A stretch of DNA of 61,364 nt, the filler included, from Dimargaris cristalligena (Eukaryota), in assembly GCA_003614675.1 (NCBI GenBank). It is 9 parts of 9 records of this genome, joined end to end, with 100 filler letters (N's around TTAATTAATTAA, not from the genome) between each part and the next. Parts side by side here need not be neighbours in the genome. Positions count along the whole stretch, not along the records: positions 6,883 to 13,650 come from ML003483.1; positions 13,751 to 20,503 come from ML003484.1; positions 20,604 to 27,321 come from ML003485.1; 6 more parts are not named here. One strand, given 5' to 3'. Positions 12,843 through 24,620 of this stretch are shown here, piece after piece. How positions within the stretch are numbered: position 1 is the first letter of the stretch; every line of letters starts with the position of its first letter. The translations under genes were made by a program, and so were the position numbers. The notes beneath the pieces are model-generated. The model saw nothing but the letters and a program-made list of their open reading frames with translations, was not told the DNA's origin and did not search any database.

Positions 12843-13650
12843 ACACAGCAAGCCCATTAGCGGTTATAACTTGCTGTTGTACCACCCACTCGCTACCACT
12901 CCGAGCACCCCGCTCAGCCGGTACAGCGAGTCACTGGTCTCCTACCACCGACGAAGGATTGGGTTGATTACGGCTGCCTTCTACTGGCTTACTGATGGTC
13001 CCTCCCAACGAGAGACCGCCGCTCTTCAGGTCTAACTGGCTTCGTCGCACACACGATCCGATTTTCCATGGCCAATAACCCGCCGCTGTATGCGCATTAT
13101 GTCATGGGTGCCTGTTTGGCTGTAATTTAACTCAGTTGACAGCGTGGGGGGCGTTTGTATGCGTCGATGGAGTAATCCATACCACGATAAATATAAATAT
13201 ATATATATATATAGCCGACTTCTCGGCCTGCTACTACTTCCACCCATCATAGATCGCCCTGTTTCGGTTATAGAGTGCCCCCTTGGTTTCCGAACTACCC
13301 CGTCCCTTCTTCCCCTGACTTATTCGAAACCCTCGCTCCATAGCCTTCCGCCCCTGGGCTATTGTTGTTATTGAAGCCTCGCAAGAATTCCTCCGCAACG
13401 TTCGAGCCAGTCGACTTTCCCTATCCGCCGTTCAATTTACTTCGTACCGAGTCTTCCATTCTCTTCACTCTTCCTCCACTTGGACTTCTCCTACTACGAC
13501 CTTCTTTTTAATAATTCGCTTCGGTTTATACGGCATCCTCTTCAGTGCCCATTTAGTTAGTATATTTTGGCCCTAGCTGTTAAGTTACTTCTTGTTTGCC
13601 TACACGAGCGTTCGTATTTAAATATTGCTACTCTCCTATAAGTCAATGGA

Positions 13651-13750
13651 NNNNNNNNNNNNNNNNNNNNNNNNNNNNNNNNNNNNNNNNNNNNTTAATT
13701 AATTAANNNNNNNNNNNNNNNNNNNNNNNNNNNNNNNNNNNNNNNNNNNN
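13651..13750. other. Artificial contig linker
   Basis: N44-TTAATTAATTAA-N44. Confidence 0.99.
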
Positions 13751-13965
13751 CAATAAACTCTATATACGCTCACCCCCTAGTACTGACCAGTAAGTGTGCA
13801 TCTAGTGCACGGACCTCACCTACGTCCTACGCTTGCTTTATTTGGTTAGTCTTGTCACCACCCCTAACACTAGTAGCCCGCTTGGCCATGTCCAATGCCC
13901 CGCCTACTGTTAGAAGCCTACCCCCGAGACTCTTGACGGACTAAGAGTGGTTAACTCGGGCGACA
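13751..13965 (+). mobile_element. LTR family A, 3' part, young copy
   Basis: Starts at CAATAAACTC and ends TTAACTCGGGCGACA; near-identical to the reverse complement of 20151-20365. Confidence 0.85.
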
Positions 13966-14074
13966 CATCCATTTTTTGTTTTCTTGCCATTGCCTCTACA
14001 TCTAAACAAGTGTAGTCCTACAGCCTTTGGCCCATCACATTTTCCTTTCTTTCTCTACAATCCATCTTCCAGTC

Positions 14075-14640
14075 ATGTCAGACTACAACAATTCTTACTA
14101 TTTTAAATACCCTGATAGTGGCTATTAGCAAAAGAGCCACAACAGGCAATCAGGAAATAAGTAGCCAAGTAGTCATTCTGCCAGGGCAAATGTGCCCTTA
14201 ACTATCGGCCATAATTTTCTGTTATGCTAGTGTCCATACCGTATCATTTGCGAATACCCGCATTCATATTTTTGTCTTATTATTGGTATTAGTCGGTACA
14301 AGTAGCCAGGGTACCCGGTCCTCTTCAAGTGCCAGCAACCCGACCTCTGCAATTTACAATGTTCCTTCTACATCAAACTTTAGGGCCTCTTCCTCATCAA
14401 GTTACCAAAATCCGCCTGTTTCGAATCCTCGAAATCTTTCTTCACGGAATCTCGATCACCAGTCCGCCTTAAACAATATCCCATATCAATGATATCAACT
14501 CGATATCTCCTTTAGAGTGAACATATCATTCCAAGAGGTCTAATGGACGAGAGCTACGAGGCCTGTGGTTTCCTTAGTGGGAAAATAATATAACCCCGAA
14601 TTGTGAATCTTCCCCTTATTGTGCATATTCAACTAGATAA
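14075..14640 (+). pseudogene. Pseudogene paralog of the 16482-17305 repeat protein
   Basis: Translates MSDYNNSYYFKYPDSGY*QKSHNRQSG. The splice donor is mutated (ATAAGT), and there is a W>stop (TGA 14490), a frameshift and a further TAA. Downstream MDESYEACGFLS...VNLPLIVHIQLD matches IDEGYGASGFLT...MNSPPIVRIQPD. Confidence 0.8.
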
Positions 14641-16481
14641 CTAGGCATGTAAATTAATGTAAAGCCGACGACTAGTCGGCATTGTCATTAAATGATATTG
14701 GTACTTTGATGTTTTATCATATTTTCAAATACATGCATTGGCTCAGAGTGTTCCACGCTCCAATTCAAGTATCTACTATACCACCAGTTCAATTACGGTG
14801 TATATATGCCGGATTGATTTATATGTATATATATTGTAATAGATAAATTATGACTGGTGTCTCTTTTTAGGTGAATATCTAATTCGATTACATTTTTCTA
14901 TGTACAAGACTATAAAGCGTAGTTAGTGTAGGGTGAGGTGCTGATAATGGCTAGATTACCTATGCTTAGGAGTGCTGGTTACTAGAGGATCCTCAAAATA
15001 AGATTGCGAAGGGCGCTTTATAAATCATAGTAATGCTGGATATCGAATATAAAGGCGAGTTAACTATACGTGGGATATGGGGTGCGACTTATTAACCAAG
15101 GAAGGCCTGTAGGATTTGGCTCGGCTTTATATAGCCAAACCGACTGGGTATAAGGGCGGCGAATAGCACAGAATATGCTGGATAACGCTACTAGGCGATA
15201 GGATGGAATGTTGGATGATCATACCAGGAAATAATGAATGTGGTTTATCCAGTATATGAATGAAGCAGCGGGAATGGCTGAAGGACGATAATCCTGCAGT
15301 GGTGGAATTACCGCACCCCATTGATGGAACTGAGCAATGATGGTATCTAGTTCCCAAAGATACGTTGGTGTTAATTCCATTGAACATTAAGAAGGACAGT
15401 AATATTACCAACTATTGCAAAACTATGGTTTGTCATGCGTTTTACAATCATTAACACCTCTGTAACTTCTCCTATCCTATGTGTATTCCCATACTCAGTG
15501 TACTATTATCATTTGTATTGAACTCTGGCGAGCCTAATAATCCGGTATTTTAAAGTCGTCCCATCTTTGGCTTCTATATACTGTAATGGGGTCGAGGTGG
15601 ACCGGGGGATTTTACCAGTAGGGTTCGAGTCCGAGGTGGGATAGGGTAATTCGGGCGAATTATGAATGTTAGTAATAAAGTTAAATATTTTATTGAAACA
15701 CACTTTTCCTCGATTTTGCATAGCTTCGCTTAATTTATAATTACGCTTTCGATTACGGTTCTTCGGTTCCGGCGCTTATCGCGCTTGCTTCGCTCGTTGG
15801 GGGACCGGCCGGAGTTCTGTCACGTGATGGGGAGGGAGAGCGGGCCGGGGATTCGTCGAGCGGTTGCAATACCACCATTTCCCAGTTTCATCAATTGGGG
15901 ACGAAACCCAACCCCTAAAGACATTACCTCCCTTCGGCTATCCCTACTTCCCTATTTCCATATTCCATATATCTTTATTCGCTATCATGTCTTCATTAAA
16001 TCTCCTAGTTAGGTTTTGCAGCTTATTCTTTTCGGTCCTGTGTCCATATCCTCAACCTGCTCGGCTTTCTAAAATTAAACGAAAACCTATAATTATACTG
16101 CTGTTAATCTGTCCTACCAAATGCCCCTTTTAATAGTAATCTCGCTCTTTATTCGGTATTAGTCGCTATAGCTGTCCACCACGCGTCCCTTACCACCTCT
16201 TATTATGAGTGTCCTCTAAGTCTATTCCACTTTGGTGTAGGTATTCTGGAATTTACTTGGAATTTACTCTACGACGCAAAGAAAAAATAAGTAACCAATA
16301 GAAAGAATACCATATAGCGTAAATTCGCAGCAGGTATACTAGAGCTAAAGCGAATACTTTAATTGGCACATCTGCCTCTCTGGAAGATGGTATGGAAACG
16401 ATAAGAAAATGAGTCTTCAAACTACCAATATAAGCTTAACACAATGTTGACCAGTCGGCCCCTTGGCCATTAATTTTGGGG

Positions 16482-17305
16482 TTAATCCTCCTGGTCCGAC
16501 TCATCACTGTGAGTCAAATCCGGAACAGACGTATGTTCAGAATACAATGGAGAACGTTGAACAGGGACTGAACGCACCGGTTGGGCCGCATGAGTACCCG
16601 AATAGGATATATTATGCCTGGCGGGGACCCATGGCGACGGTTGGGTTGACAGAACATTGTAGTACGAGTGAGGATGGTTGGCCGCAGGGGCATGTACTGG
16701 TTCAGCGGACACATTAATGTGGTCCGGTTGAATACGCACAATCGGAGGAGAATTCATAGTTCGGGTGTATGTTGTGTGTTCAGTGAGAAAGCCACTGGCC
16801 CCATAACCTTCGTCTATTTGACCCGTGGGAGCAGTATGTTCACGAAGGGGGGGCTCGGATTGATGCCATTGGTAGGAATTGCTGTTTAGGAAGGATGGGC
16901 TATCGAAATTCCGGGATGATGGGTGTCGGGAATTGGAAGACGGTGGCATCCAGTAATTTGATGGAGATGGAATGCCGTTGTTCGAAGAGGGGATACTAAA
17001 ATTCAAAGAAGATGGATGGCCATAGTTTGATGAGGGCAGATAGCTGTAGTTCATTGTGGATTGGATACCTTGATTTTCGGAACTGTCTAGTATCATTAGC
17101 AAGGCAAGGTATATAGATAATAATATTAGGGAGTTTTGCAAGATTAGAATCTAATCATTATTTAAGGATGTTTGATATTAGAGAAACCGTATGCTTCGGC
17201 GGGAGAATGTCCTGGACACTTACTACCAGATTGCCAAGTCTGGCTATTTCGCCGATTGGCACCGCTGGGATCATTGAAAAATATATTTTCGGCGCCGTCC
17301 GACAT
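16482..17305 (-). CDS. Hypothetical Ser/Pro/Asn-rich low-complexity protein, ~228 aa; exons 17305-17224 and 17086-16482
   Basis: ATG 17305 (MSDGAENIFFNDPSG...). A phase-1 GTAAGT..TAG intron joins it in frame to the long ORF. TATA box upstream; the same exon structure is seen in the paralog at 14075. Confidence 0.75.
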
Positions 17306-17452
17306 TGCTAGCAGTCAGTTGGAAGTATGTAAATAGTCGAAATGTAATGGGCCAATAGTTGTAGGATTAAGTATGTTTTGGCGTAGGAATGATGGCGAAC
17401 AAGCTACAGGGGGCGGGGTATGTTGGAGCTATAACGGGGTGTGGATAAACTG

Positions 17453-17462
17453 TATTTATATA
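17453..17462 (-). promoter_or_regulatory. TATA box of the 16482-17305 gene
   Basis: TATATAAATA on the minus strand ~150 nt upstream of the ATG. Confidence 0.5.
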
Positions 17463-20150
17463 ATATGAGCATTGCAATCTTAGTCCCATTAATAGGGTAA
17501 TTATACCAATAATTTGGCAATGACAACGTGGGGCTATAGAATCTGACCGAAATGAAGTCCACATGTGTGGTCGGGTATTCGGAAGAGTGGAGGTGCATGC
17601 TATGTATGTTCCAAAACTGATGACAAATATGAAGACAAATAGCTATTCAACCCACCTTAAGGGCTTACGATTGGCTATTACATCTTACTCACCTTTTCCC
17701 ATGCAAATTAGTCCAGAGTACTGTCTATTAATAAGAAATGAAACGTAGCTAGAAGTGGGATGGGCGACCACAGTGGCCCATACGTTATTAATAAAGAGAT
17801 TTAAAGTTACACTCTTTTATCACTATGCAAGTTTGTTCCACTTTTTCCCTTACTTATTATGAAATAAGCAGAAATGACCTCGTGCTTGGGAGAAAAATGG
17901 TTGTATCGTAAGGTTATCCTACTACAACGTCTATCTTTGTTAGGTAACATGGGCCGTCGACGTGCCGCACATTTTAGAACCGGTTCTTACAGCATTCCAG
18001 TCATGCAAAATGCTTCCAGGTCCAGTTATAGAGCACGCCATTGAAAGCATATAATTATGATTGTTGCGACCGACATGAAAGAGGGGTCAACTAAGAAGCG
18101 TCCAACTTACATTGTAAACACGCTCGTGTTTGAAATAACCGCAAGTTCTCTCGAAGAAACTCCAACTAGAACAATAAACATATATTAATAATATATAGTA
18201 GAAGTAGAACAGACCCGCAAGAGGAAGTGCGGACTCCACCAAATGGTATTTATGAAACGAAATGTGACTAATCAGTAGCCACTGGCTTCAATGAGGTTGT
18301 AACGATGAATTGATATTTATTAGTCAAGTAGATAATTGGTATCGAATAAAGCAGAAAGGGAACTTCCAAGATCCATGGAGGGGAGTGGGGGCCAAGATAT
18401 ATGTGGACTCCGGCCTCAGGATGAGGGCATCCTAGTTACCCCACAGGCGACTCTTATTGGCTGGTACAGTATGTTCTATGTATAGTAGGATTTACCACTA
18501 GATGGCCCATTGTCTTCCATGAGATTATTTACACGACCATAAAAAGGCTAAAAGACAGCCCGACACACTCTGTATGAGGTGTTATCCTACGACGATAGGC
18601 CAAAGGGGGCAATAATTCACCGTTTAGTTTGGTTCCGAGGAAGAAAAATAGAAACAAAAATTTAGAAATGTAATAATTATTTTTTTTAATCATAACGATC
18701 TTGTAATTTCATGAATTATTATTGTTTTTATATCTTGGGCTTGTCGTTGAAGCCGAAAAAGTCAGTTACTGTTGGCCCATCGCTTGGCAGAGTATCCCGA
18801 GTGTGTCGGCCGCTTAGCAGTTGCACCCTTGGCAGATGTGGGAAGATTGAAAAGGAAGCTAGAAGCAATAGGGGGTGTATTGGCAGCATGGCTTGACCAT
18901 CCAAGTACTTATACCATATATAAGAGAAAAGTCCGAATTTAGTATACAAAATATTTATTTGTATAGGAATTACAGTTTAAAGCGCCAGGAGGAATATAGA
19001 TTGTAGGCATGTCCAAAATAACAGTAGTAAAATGAACTTATACCAATAAATTTAATATTGACGAAATCAGATAGCAGGAGTTGGACAAGACAGCTGTCAG
19101 TTAATAAGGTAATAAATGATGTATTATACATCAGATTGGATATTCACTGGCAGCGGAAAATTTGGGGAAAATCGTTTATCCATATGAACGCCGCAATTCA
19201 TTTGAGCAATTAGATTTCAGCCAGCAGAGCCCATAATTTAAAGTGCATTATGCAATTGACATATCGGAATATATAATATACCAAGGCGTCAGCTACCGAT
19301 TTGTGTACACGGACATGCTACACCAAGACCAAATGGTAAATTACCGGTGGTAATTATATTGAAATTAGAATGAAGTATCTCAAGTATTCTATTGGCAACA
19401 TTTGCTTAACATTCTATAGTCCATTTGAAAAGTCGAATAGCCGGTGCGGTCTACTGAACCCTATTCAAAGGGTTTAACAAAGAGCGAAGCCACGAAACCA
19501 GTATGGACATTACTACACTGGCTATTATTCAGGTATTATCCAACCAGTAAAACTATAAGCACTGCCGTATTAGCAAGTCAATTCGATAATTTCCATCAAA
19601 ACTGTTAAAGGACTTTATTCGCATCCCTTACATTATTAATACAGCCACAGGGACATTATAAACATCCAGGAAGAGTTCAAACTAAGAGATCTATTACTAA
19701 CCTGTACATTCCACTAACTGTAGAGTATTACTGTTTAGTTATACATGTATTTTATTAATTAATAACCCAGCCATCCAATATAAAAAGACAGGTGTCCGCC
19801 ATATATAAAAAAAAACATGAGTTCAAACATAATTTTTTTAATATACAATCCATTTAACCTGCACATTGGCAGGAACCACCCAGGTTGTAATCAATGGGTG
19901 GCTGGTTTCCATGGCCGACCCCTATCTTGGTCAGTCAGGGGGGAATCAGGGTCGGCAGTGGGGTAATCCCCCGATAAACCAAGGGATGTGGCCCTGGAGC
20001 CACCCTGTTGGGGATGGCTTACTTGATTTTTGGCCTGTGGTGTCGATGGGAGCTGCCTCCATGCTTTTCTACAGGCAGCCCAGATTTTATTTAAAATGGC
20101 TATTGATTTGGCCATTTAGAAGTAAGTAGGATTATGAATATTGTGGTGAA

Positions 20151-20500
20151 TGTCGCCCGAGTTAACCACTCTTAGTCCGTCAAGAGTCTCGGGGGTAGGC
20201 TTCTAACAGTAGGCGGGGCATTGGACATGGCCAAGCGGCTACTAGTGTTAGGGATGGCGACAAGACTAACCGAATGAAGCAAGTGTAAGATGTAGGTGAG
20301 GTCCGTGCACTAGAGGCACACTTACTGGTCAGTACTAGGGGGTGAGCGTATATAGAGTTTATTGGGGTAAACTACGGGAGTAATAATAAGCTGCTGCTGA
20401 CTGGTCCCAAAGGGGAGCCCGGTTATATATACGCTGAGGATGCCTCCAAAGGGGAGGTCCTGAAGGGGGAACTACATAATGGCTAACAATAAGGTGGAAC
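20151..20500 (-). mobile_element. LTR family A, 3' ~60%, young copy
   Basis: Begins TGTCGCCCGAGTTAACC; contains the reverse-strand AATAAA and TATATATAA; CpGs intact. Confidence 0.85.
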
Positions 20501-20503
20501 GTG

Positions 20504-20603
20504 NNNNNNNNNNNNNNNNNNNNNNNNNNNNNNNNNNNNNNNNNNNNTTAATTAATTAANNNNNNNNNNNNNNNNNNNNNNNNNNNNNNNNNNNNNNNNN
20601 NNN
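20504..20603. other. Artificial contig linker
   Basis: N44-TTAATTAATTAA-N44. Confidence 0.99.
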
Positions 20604-22030
20604 AAGGAAAAGTAGGGATGCTGAGTTAGGTCGGAACTCTGCTATGGCTAACTGTACTTGGTGGAACAATGTTGAAATAGAATTGATAGATGCAACGAAT
20701 ATTGGTATTTGATAAAAGACAAGTAAAATGATAGGATACTTCAATTGATGAGTAAAAATAGGCTCTTGAACTTTGAAATAATAATCTTTAGATATAATAA
20801 TCGAATAGTTGACATTTTTTTTGTAGTTTTCTGGTAAAGAAATGAATAGGACTGATAAAATATATGATATTGTTTGATGAATAATTGGTTTTATAGGATG
20901 AATTGTTAGAGTATGATTAAAGGAGCTGTGCTTTACGTTGATAAATGGGTTCTAATTAGTAAAGGAATCAGGTAATTAAATATACTTCCAGTTACCTGCA
21001 CTCTGCAGCACCACACTTTTCAAACCCCATATAGCCATTGGAAGATTATATTCCTATAGCTCATCCAGCGAGTTAAGTTTACCTCTCCAAACCACTGATA
21101 CTAATATGTACTTGTGAAGACATTCTTTGCCACTAATCCAGCTATATATAAGCGCAATTTCCTATTGCCCATGACAGATTCGATACCTTGGAACAAGCAA
21201 GCATTTCCCCATGGCAATTTGCCTGAAATTCCAATAAAATAATAGCAGTGTAATGAATCGGAGCGGGAGAGTTGCGAAGTGCCCCGAGTTCAAGCTGGGG
21301 GGGGTGTATATTGGAATAACTAACGAGTGCAGCCATCAGTAACAATTATGAGTGTACAAGTTCATACCAGTTAAATGTTGTACACGTTGCTCCATCCCCC
21401 TCTACTCCCAAGGTAATACTTCAAGCAATTATTGTGCCGGTTATAGAAAACCAAATAAGACTGGAAGCTATAGTCCCTCTTAGCTTGGGACCTCCTTCCC
21501 AACAGATTCAGGCCAGTCTAATATTAAAAGGGTATAGCTACCCATATTCATAAGTTAATGTCCATTAGATATTAGATTTAGAAGGCCAAATGATGTTTAT
21601 GTTATACACCAACTCGATCAGAGTAAAGTTCAAGTCGATCCCCCCTATTTGCATCCAAGCAATCACTCGTCGCTTCGGTTTACTGATTGTTCTTAACTAT
21701 GCGAAAAGCCACTCTTTATTGTTTAATTCGTTATTATCAATAGTCACCAGTGCTTACGGTTTGCTCCAATTACAGAAGGTCTGAGCTTGCGGAGTGTCGA
21801 GTGGCTCCACCTTGGGCACACTGGTTTTAGAAAGCTGGAAACTATAAGAATAATTTATTTTGTAAACGGTATTGGTTTCGGAAAACAATATTGATTTAAT
21901 AAAAGCTGTTACAATAGCTATTGGCAGGATAAGGGCAAGTAAAACACAATATAGGTGGATTAATAATGGGCGAGACCTGCTATCAGCCGCTGATATTATC
22001 CATGGTATAGTGGATGGGACAGCAAATCCG

Positions 22031-22444
22031 TTACATATCCCGAATCGCCGATACAAGAGCATCCAGGTCGGTAGCATGTATGTATGTGTGGGTCGGCTGG
22101 GGAAGTCCGCGATTATTTGGGGAAAAATATATCGAACGATCAGGAAACATCAACAAACCGTGCGGATACTTCCCGTCGTACATGTACGCAGTCATTTGCG
22201 CTGTACTAATCCCCTCACCAATTAAATTATCCTTACACTCGATGATTAATGTCGACTTTCCGTCCCCTAGGCGTTCTACGGTGATACCGCATCGACAACG
22301 ACGAGTACGACATCCACTACGAATAATATATCCACTATTAAAAGTTTTCCCCGCAACAGCGAGGATACCAAGGGCAAGCCCACTCACTTCGTCTCCCCTA
22401 CCCGTCTCTGAAGCGATAGCCAGTACACGGCGTAGCTTATCCAT
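22031..22444 (-). CDS. Small PD-(D/E)xK restriction-endonuclease-fold protein (HsdR_N/CR-REase-like), ~137 aa, possibly inactive; start uncertain
   Basis: RC[G]ITV...LIIECK...AQMTAYM...HGLLM...IYF fits the RxD-hh..hhExK..Q..Y..Ghh pattern. The frame is open upstream to a CTAG acceptor near 22538, so extra 5' exons are possible. Confidence 0.55.
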   Translation of the reverse strand: MDKLRRVLAIASETGRGDEVSGLALGILAVAGKTFNSGYIIRSGCRTRRCRCGITVERLGDGKSTLIIECKDNLIGEGISTAQMTAYMYDGKYPHGLLMFPDRSIYFSPNNRGLPQPTHTYIHATDLDALVSAIRDM

Positions 22445-22878
22445 TGTGTTTCGGACGACCACAAGCGAGAGCTCGAATTCACCTGACACAAGAATATTGA
22501 AGCCGACGGCGAAGGTGATGATCGTGTATTCGAAGGCCTAGACGGATAGACCAATCGTAATGACAGCATTGGCCGGTGCAGATCGACAAGGTAAGGTTAT
22601 TATAGGTGAAAATAGTTAATAACATAATAGCGATAAACGCAAAAGCACTGCGCAATAGTGCAAATACTAACACGCGGGAGCGGCGGGGCGAAACAAAGGA
22701 TATCTAATAGGACGGAATTACCTTGACGGGAGGGTCTTTGGAACGTACTGGGCCTAAAGAACGAGACTGGACAGTCAATGAGGGCAGCGGGACACGAGAC
22801 TCGAAGGTATATTGTTTCACCAGCAAAGCCAGGAAGCAGCCCAGAGAGGCTGCTGGGTATATCGTTGAAACAAGAAAA

Positions 22879-23018
22879 TATGGGGGAAGTTCATTCAGGC
22901 TGTATAATGAAAAATCCATTGGATGAGGCCAATATTACTGGTTAAAAGTTATTCTCACATATTCGCCCATACACGTATTATATAAACCCTTATACAACTG
23001 GTTTGAATTTCTCCCATA
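22879..23018 (+). mobile_element. ~140-bp MITE, copy 1
   Basis: TATGGGGGAAGTTC...GAATTTCTCCCATA imperfect terminal inverted repeats; internal aaatccattggatgagg..aatattactggtt shared with other copies. Confidence 0.8.
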
Positions 23019-24479
23019 TGATTAAAATGAGAAGGCAATAAATTTTATATGATGGTATGGATTTATATAGATTTATTAATTAATAAGGATAGCTGGTGGT
23101 ATTTATACAGCGGCAGCAGGAGCGAGGATTGGGAAACATCATGCAAAGTCAGCAATGAAGGCTGAGGGCCAGGAGTGTGGCAGACTCGATTGCGGACTGC
23201 CGCAGCATTAGGAACCACCAGATAGATTGAGCCATTACTGAGTTTCTGGCGTCAGTTGAAAGAGGACACCATGGGCACAGAGTTGGTAATGACCAGATTA
23301 GACCCATGATTAATCTGGTCTGGAATGAATATCGCGGGAAGTAGCAAAGCCTTCAGGATGAAAATAGAAACCGAAACAGTAAAGACTTTTCATTCCGTAT
23401 ACCCATTTACGCCCTTCCCCCGAGGATGACCGGCTACAGCAGGTCACGACGACCATCGCACATCCGTTCCTCCTGTTGGAATCAGAGCGGCGGCTGCCTG
23501 GTCCAGGTTGGAATGGCAAATTCGGTCATGGATACAGAGCCTGAACTTGTATCCGCTGGCGGACCAGTGCAAGTACATTACTAAAAAAATACAGGATTGA
23601 GACAAGTCTATTAAATATCGATTTTATCGTGTATGATCATTGTCGTAATTGCTCATATTGTGACGACAGAGGCGTAGCCATCGGCCTAGAGAAAGAGGCA
23701 ATCTTTAGCTCGGAAACCATGGGTGGAAAGTAGCCACCGATAACGGGTCTGATATGAAAGCAGGGGTCGCCAATAACAAAGGGCCACTGTTGCTAGCCGC
23801 GTGGACACCTCCAGCAATGGTATGACAAGCTCTGATGGCTGGCGTGTGCCAACCCATTGATTTTGTTCCCTAACACAGGGGGTACAAGCGCAGCACCGAC
23901 TACGATCCTGAATCCAGGTGTATTGTCCGCTACGACCATTCCCGCCCGAGTATTCCAAAGAATTATTATATAAAATGTTATTAAGCAAATATCCTCAAAG
24001 TGATCACCGCCCGTTAATATTAAAAGGCAATCTATGAATGTATAGTCGCAAGTAGACGGTAGTTCCCGAGTCCGTTATTATCGAGTTGGCTTAATCGATC
24101 AATCCAAATTCATTAATGGACAATCTAATCCTTTTTAGAAATTTATATTTCCTGACCTTCCCGTTACTACTCTGTCTCCCCAAAAGAGACATGAGCTTTG
24201 TAATTATCCCTGTATTCGTGGCCTACATTTCCGAAGGAATGGTGTTTTATCACCAGGTGCCCCTCTCAGGCTCGGTTCTCCTGAATTCTGGAGGAATACA
24301 GCGAATCTCCCCAAATGCTCGAGTCCCGGCACTATATTATAAATTAATATAATTATCTGCCTAGAGACACTCACCGACTTCTAGCCGAATTCTTTCATCA
24401 CTTCCAGTTTTACTTTCCTAGTAGTCTATTCCAACGAAAAACATGTCGACTGGCTGATTAGCTGATGTGAAATTTATTA

Positions 24480-24620
24480 TATGGGAGAAGTTCATACAGA
24501 CTGTATAGCAAAAAATCCGGCGGATAAGGTAAATATTACTGGTCAAAATGAGTATCCCACCTATTATCCTATACACATTTTATTTAAACCCTTTTACAGC
24601 TGCGTCGAATTTCCCTCATA
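24480..24620 (+). mobile_element. ~140-bp MITE, copy 2
   Basis: TATGGGAGAAGTTC...GAATTTCCCTCATA. Confidence 0.8.

Noticed and set aside
15590..15645. tRNA suggested by GGGTTCGAGTCC (B-box/T-loop)
   Set aside because: No T-stem beyond 2 bp, and no acceptor or anticodon stems.
15987..16290. Small spliced + strand gene (MSSLNLL...)
   Set aside because: Could not find GT-AG junctions giving a consistent frame.
17087..17141. Signal peptide on the 219-aa ORF (MQNSLILLSIYLALLMIL)
   Set aside because: Starts at a non-ATG codon and lies in the intron of the two-exon model supported by the paralog.
13751..20503. Whole contig as one large transposon with inverted termini
   Set aside because: The two ends are non-identical family A LTR copies in opposite orientation with their 3' ends facing inward; independent insertions that broke the assembly.
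20501..20503. Terminal GTG as a third repeat B insertion
   Set aside because: Only 3 nt, and the last contig also ends in an unexplained TGTG; may be end noise.
22014..22541. 175-aa + strand ORF
   Set aside because: Antisense shadow of the nuclease-fold ORF with no recognisable features.
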